DNA of 63,440 nt, the filler included, from Octopus bimaculoides (taxonomy: Eukaryota), in assembly GCF_001194135.2 (NCBI RefSeq). It is 5 parts of 5 records of this genome, joined end to end, with 100 filler letters (N's around TTAATTAATTAA, not from the genome) between each part and the next. Parts side by side here need not be neighbours in the genome. Positions count along the whole stretch, not along the records: positions 62,390 to 63,440 come from NW_026402440.1; 4 more parts are not named here. The stretch is one strand, 5' to 3'. The first letter of the stretch is position 1. The number at the start of each line of letters is the position of its first letter. The translations under genes were made by a program, and so were the position numbers. Positions 62,410 through 63,440 of the stretch are shown here, in pieces. The notes beneath the pieces are model-generated. The model ran no database searches, had not been told where the DNA came from, and saw only the letters and a program-made list of their open reading frames with translations.

Positions 62410-63350
62410 GGTGATGGTGGCGGCGACAGCGGTAGTGGTGGTAGTTGTGTGGTGGTGGTGATGGTGGTGGCGAAGGTGGTGGTAGTGGAAAACCAAGAGA
62501 TGGATTAATTCCGTGAAAATGCAAAATTCGAAGTGACCCTAGGTGGGACCTGAACGTAGAGGGGTATTATTAAATACCACAAGGTATGTTGTTGAAGCTG
62601 CATCGATCTTCAGTGGAATAGGGACTGAGAAAAGGAAGAGGAAAACAAGGAAGACAAGTGCTGATTCTTCCACATAATGGAATTTCATTGTAAGTCATAA
62701 TAAGGAACTTCGATTCTATGGGGTTACATTGACATTTGGACAAGAAATGGAATCAAAAATGGAAATTGAAATTGCGATGATGATGATGATGACAGCGACG
62801 CGAAGATGATGACGACAACGACGACGATGATGATGATGATGGTGATGTCGATGATGATGAAGACGATGGTAATGGATAATGACAGTGAAGAAGATAATTT
62901 TTTTATTGCATTCATTCATGAACAATGGCCCCCGTTTGATAACGAGGATGGCGAAGATGTTGATGATGGTGATGAGGGGGATTGTAGTTATGATTATTAT
63001 TATTATTATTATTGGTGTTGTTGTTGTTGCTGTTGTTGTAATAGTTCACCATGTCAGTGAACACGTTTACTCCCAAGAGAGGCAGAGATAATGTGGTTCA
63101 AAGGCCATCATCATGCGCAGTATTGTGTTGTCTGCTAATCGAATTCACTGTCTGTTTGGCTTCAATTAAACGGCGCAATAATTGGTTTGGTTACCAAAAC
63201 GATAAAGCTGGAATGACCTCTTCACTTACACTGAAGAAGAAGAAGAAGAAGAAGAAGAAGAAGAAGAAGAAGAAGAAGAAGAAGAAGAAGAAGAAGGAGA
63301 AGAAGAAGAGGAAGTAGAGAAAGAGAGGAAGAAGAAGAAAAGAAGAAGTT
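62410..63350. repeat. Low-complexity trinucleotide region (GGT, GAT, GAC, TAT, TGT) ending in (GAA)n at about 63232-63350
   Basis: Directly visible; source of the poly-K/F/L/H ORFs. Confidence 0.9.
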
Positions 63351-63440
63351 GAACAAATACAAAGGAGAAACTGCCAACTTGTCAAGTATGGCGAGCGTGC
63401 ACAAGCAGACACGCACACTTACATGGACATACATACGCAC

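Noticed and set aside
62806-63440. Poly-Asp, poly-Lys and poly-His ORFs as a biomineral or acidic protein
   Set aside because: Trinucleotide SSRs in several frames with stops between blocks; no coherent frame.

Overview
AT-rich, microsatellite-saturated animal genomic DNA from a gappy short-read assembly. The repeat landscape (tRNA-headed SINEs with internal microsatellites, RTE, CR1, Tx1/L1 and Penelope-like relics) points to an octopod cephalopod; this is inference from repeat texture, not a database hit. Four identical 100-bp artificial spacers (44N-TTAATTAATTAA-44N) split the window into five joined pieces. Only one host gene is well supported: the last three coding exons of a SECISBP2/SECISBP2L-type SECIS-binding protein on the minus strand (56833-56719, 55787-55633, 54929-53853; 448 aa, L7Ae domain plus SBP2L-type tail). 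Its 5' exons are absent from the window. The first 45 kb is essentially intergenic or intronic repeat. Almost all ORFs in the supplied track are microsatellite or N-gap artefacts. The leads most worth testing are a possible alternative terminal exon for the SECIS-binding protein, decayed hammerhead-ribozyme-like motifs at Penelope-like termini, a Tx1/L1 family whose two junctions both abut microsatellites, a MITE-like insertion with a 5-bp direct repeat, and a CpG-depleted gene-body domain. I found no clearly new multi-gene system.
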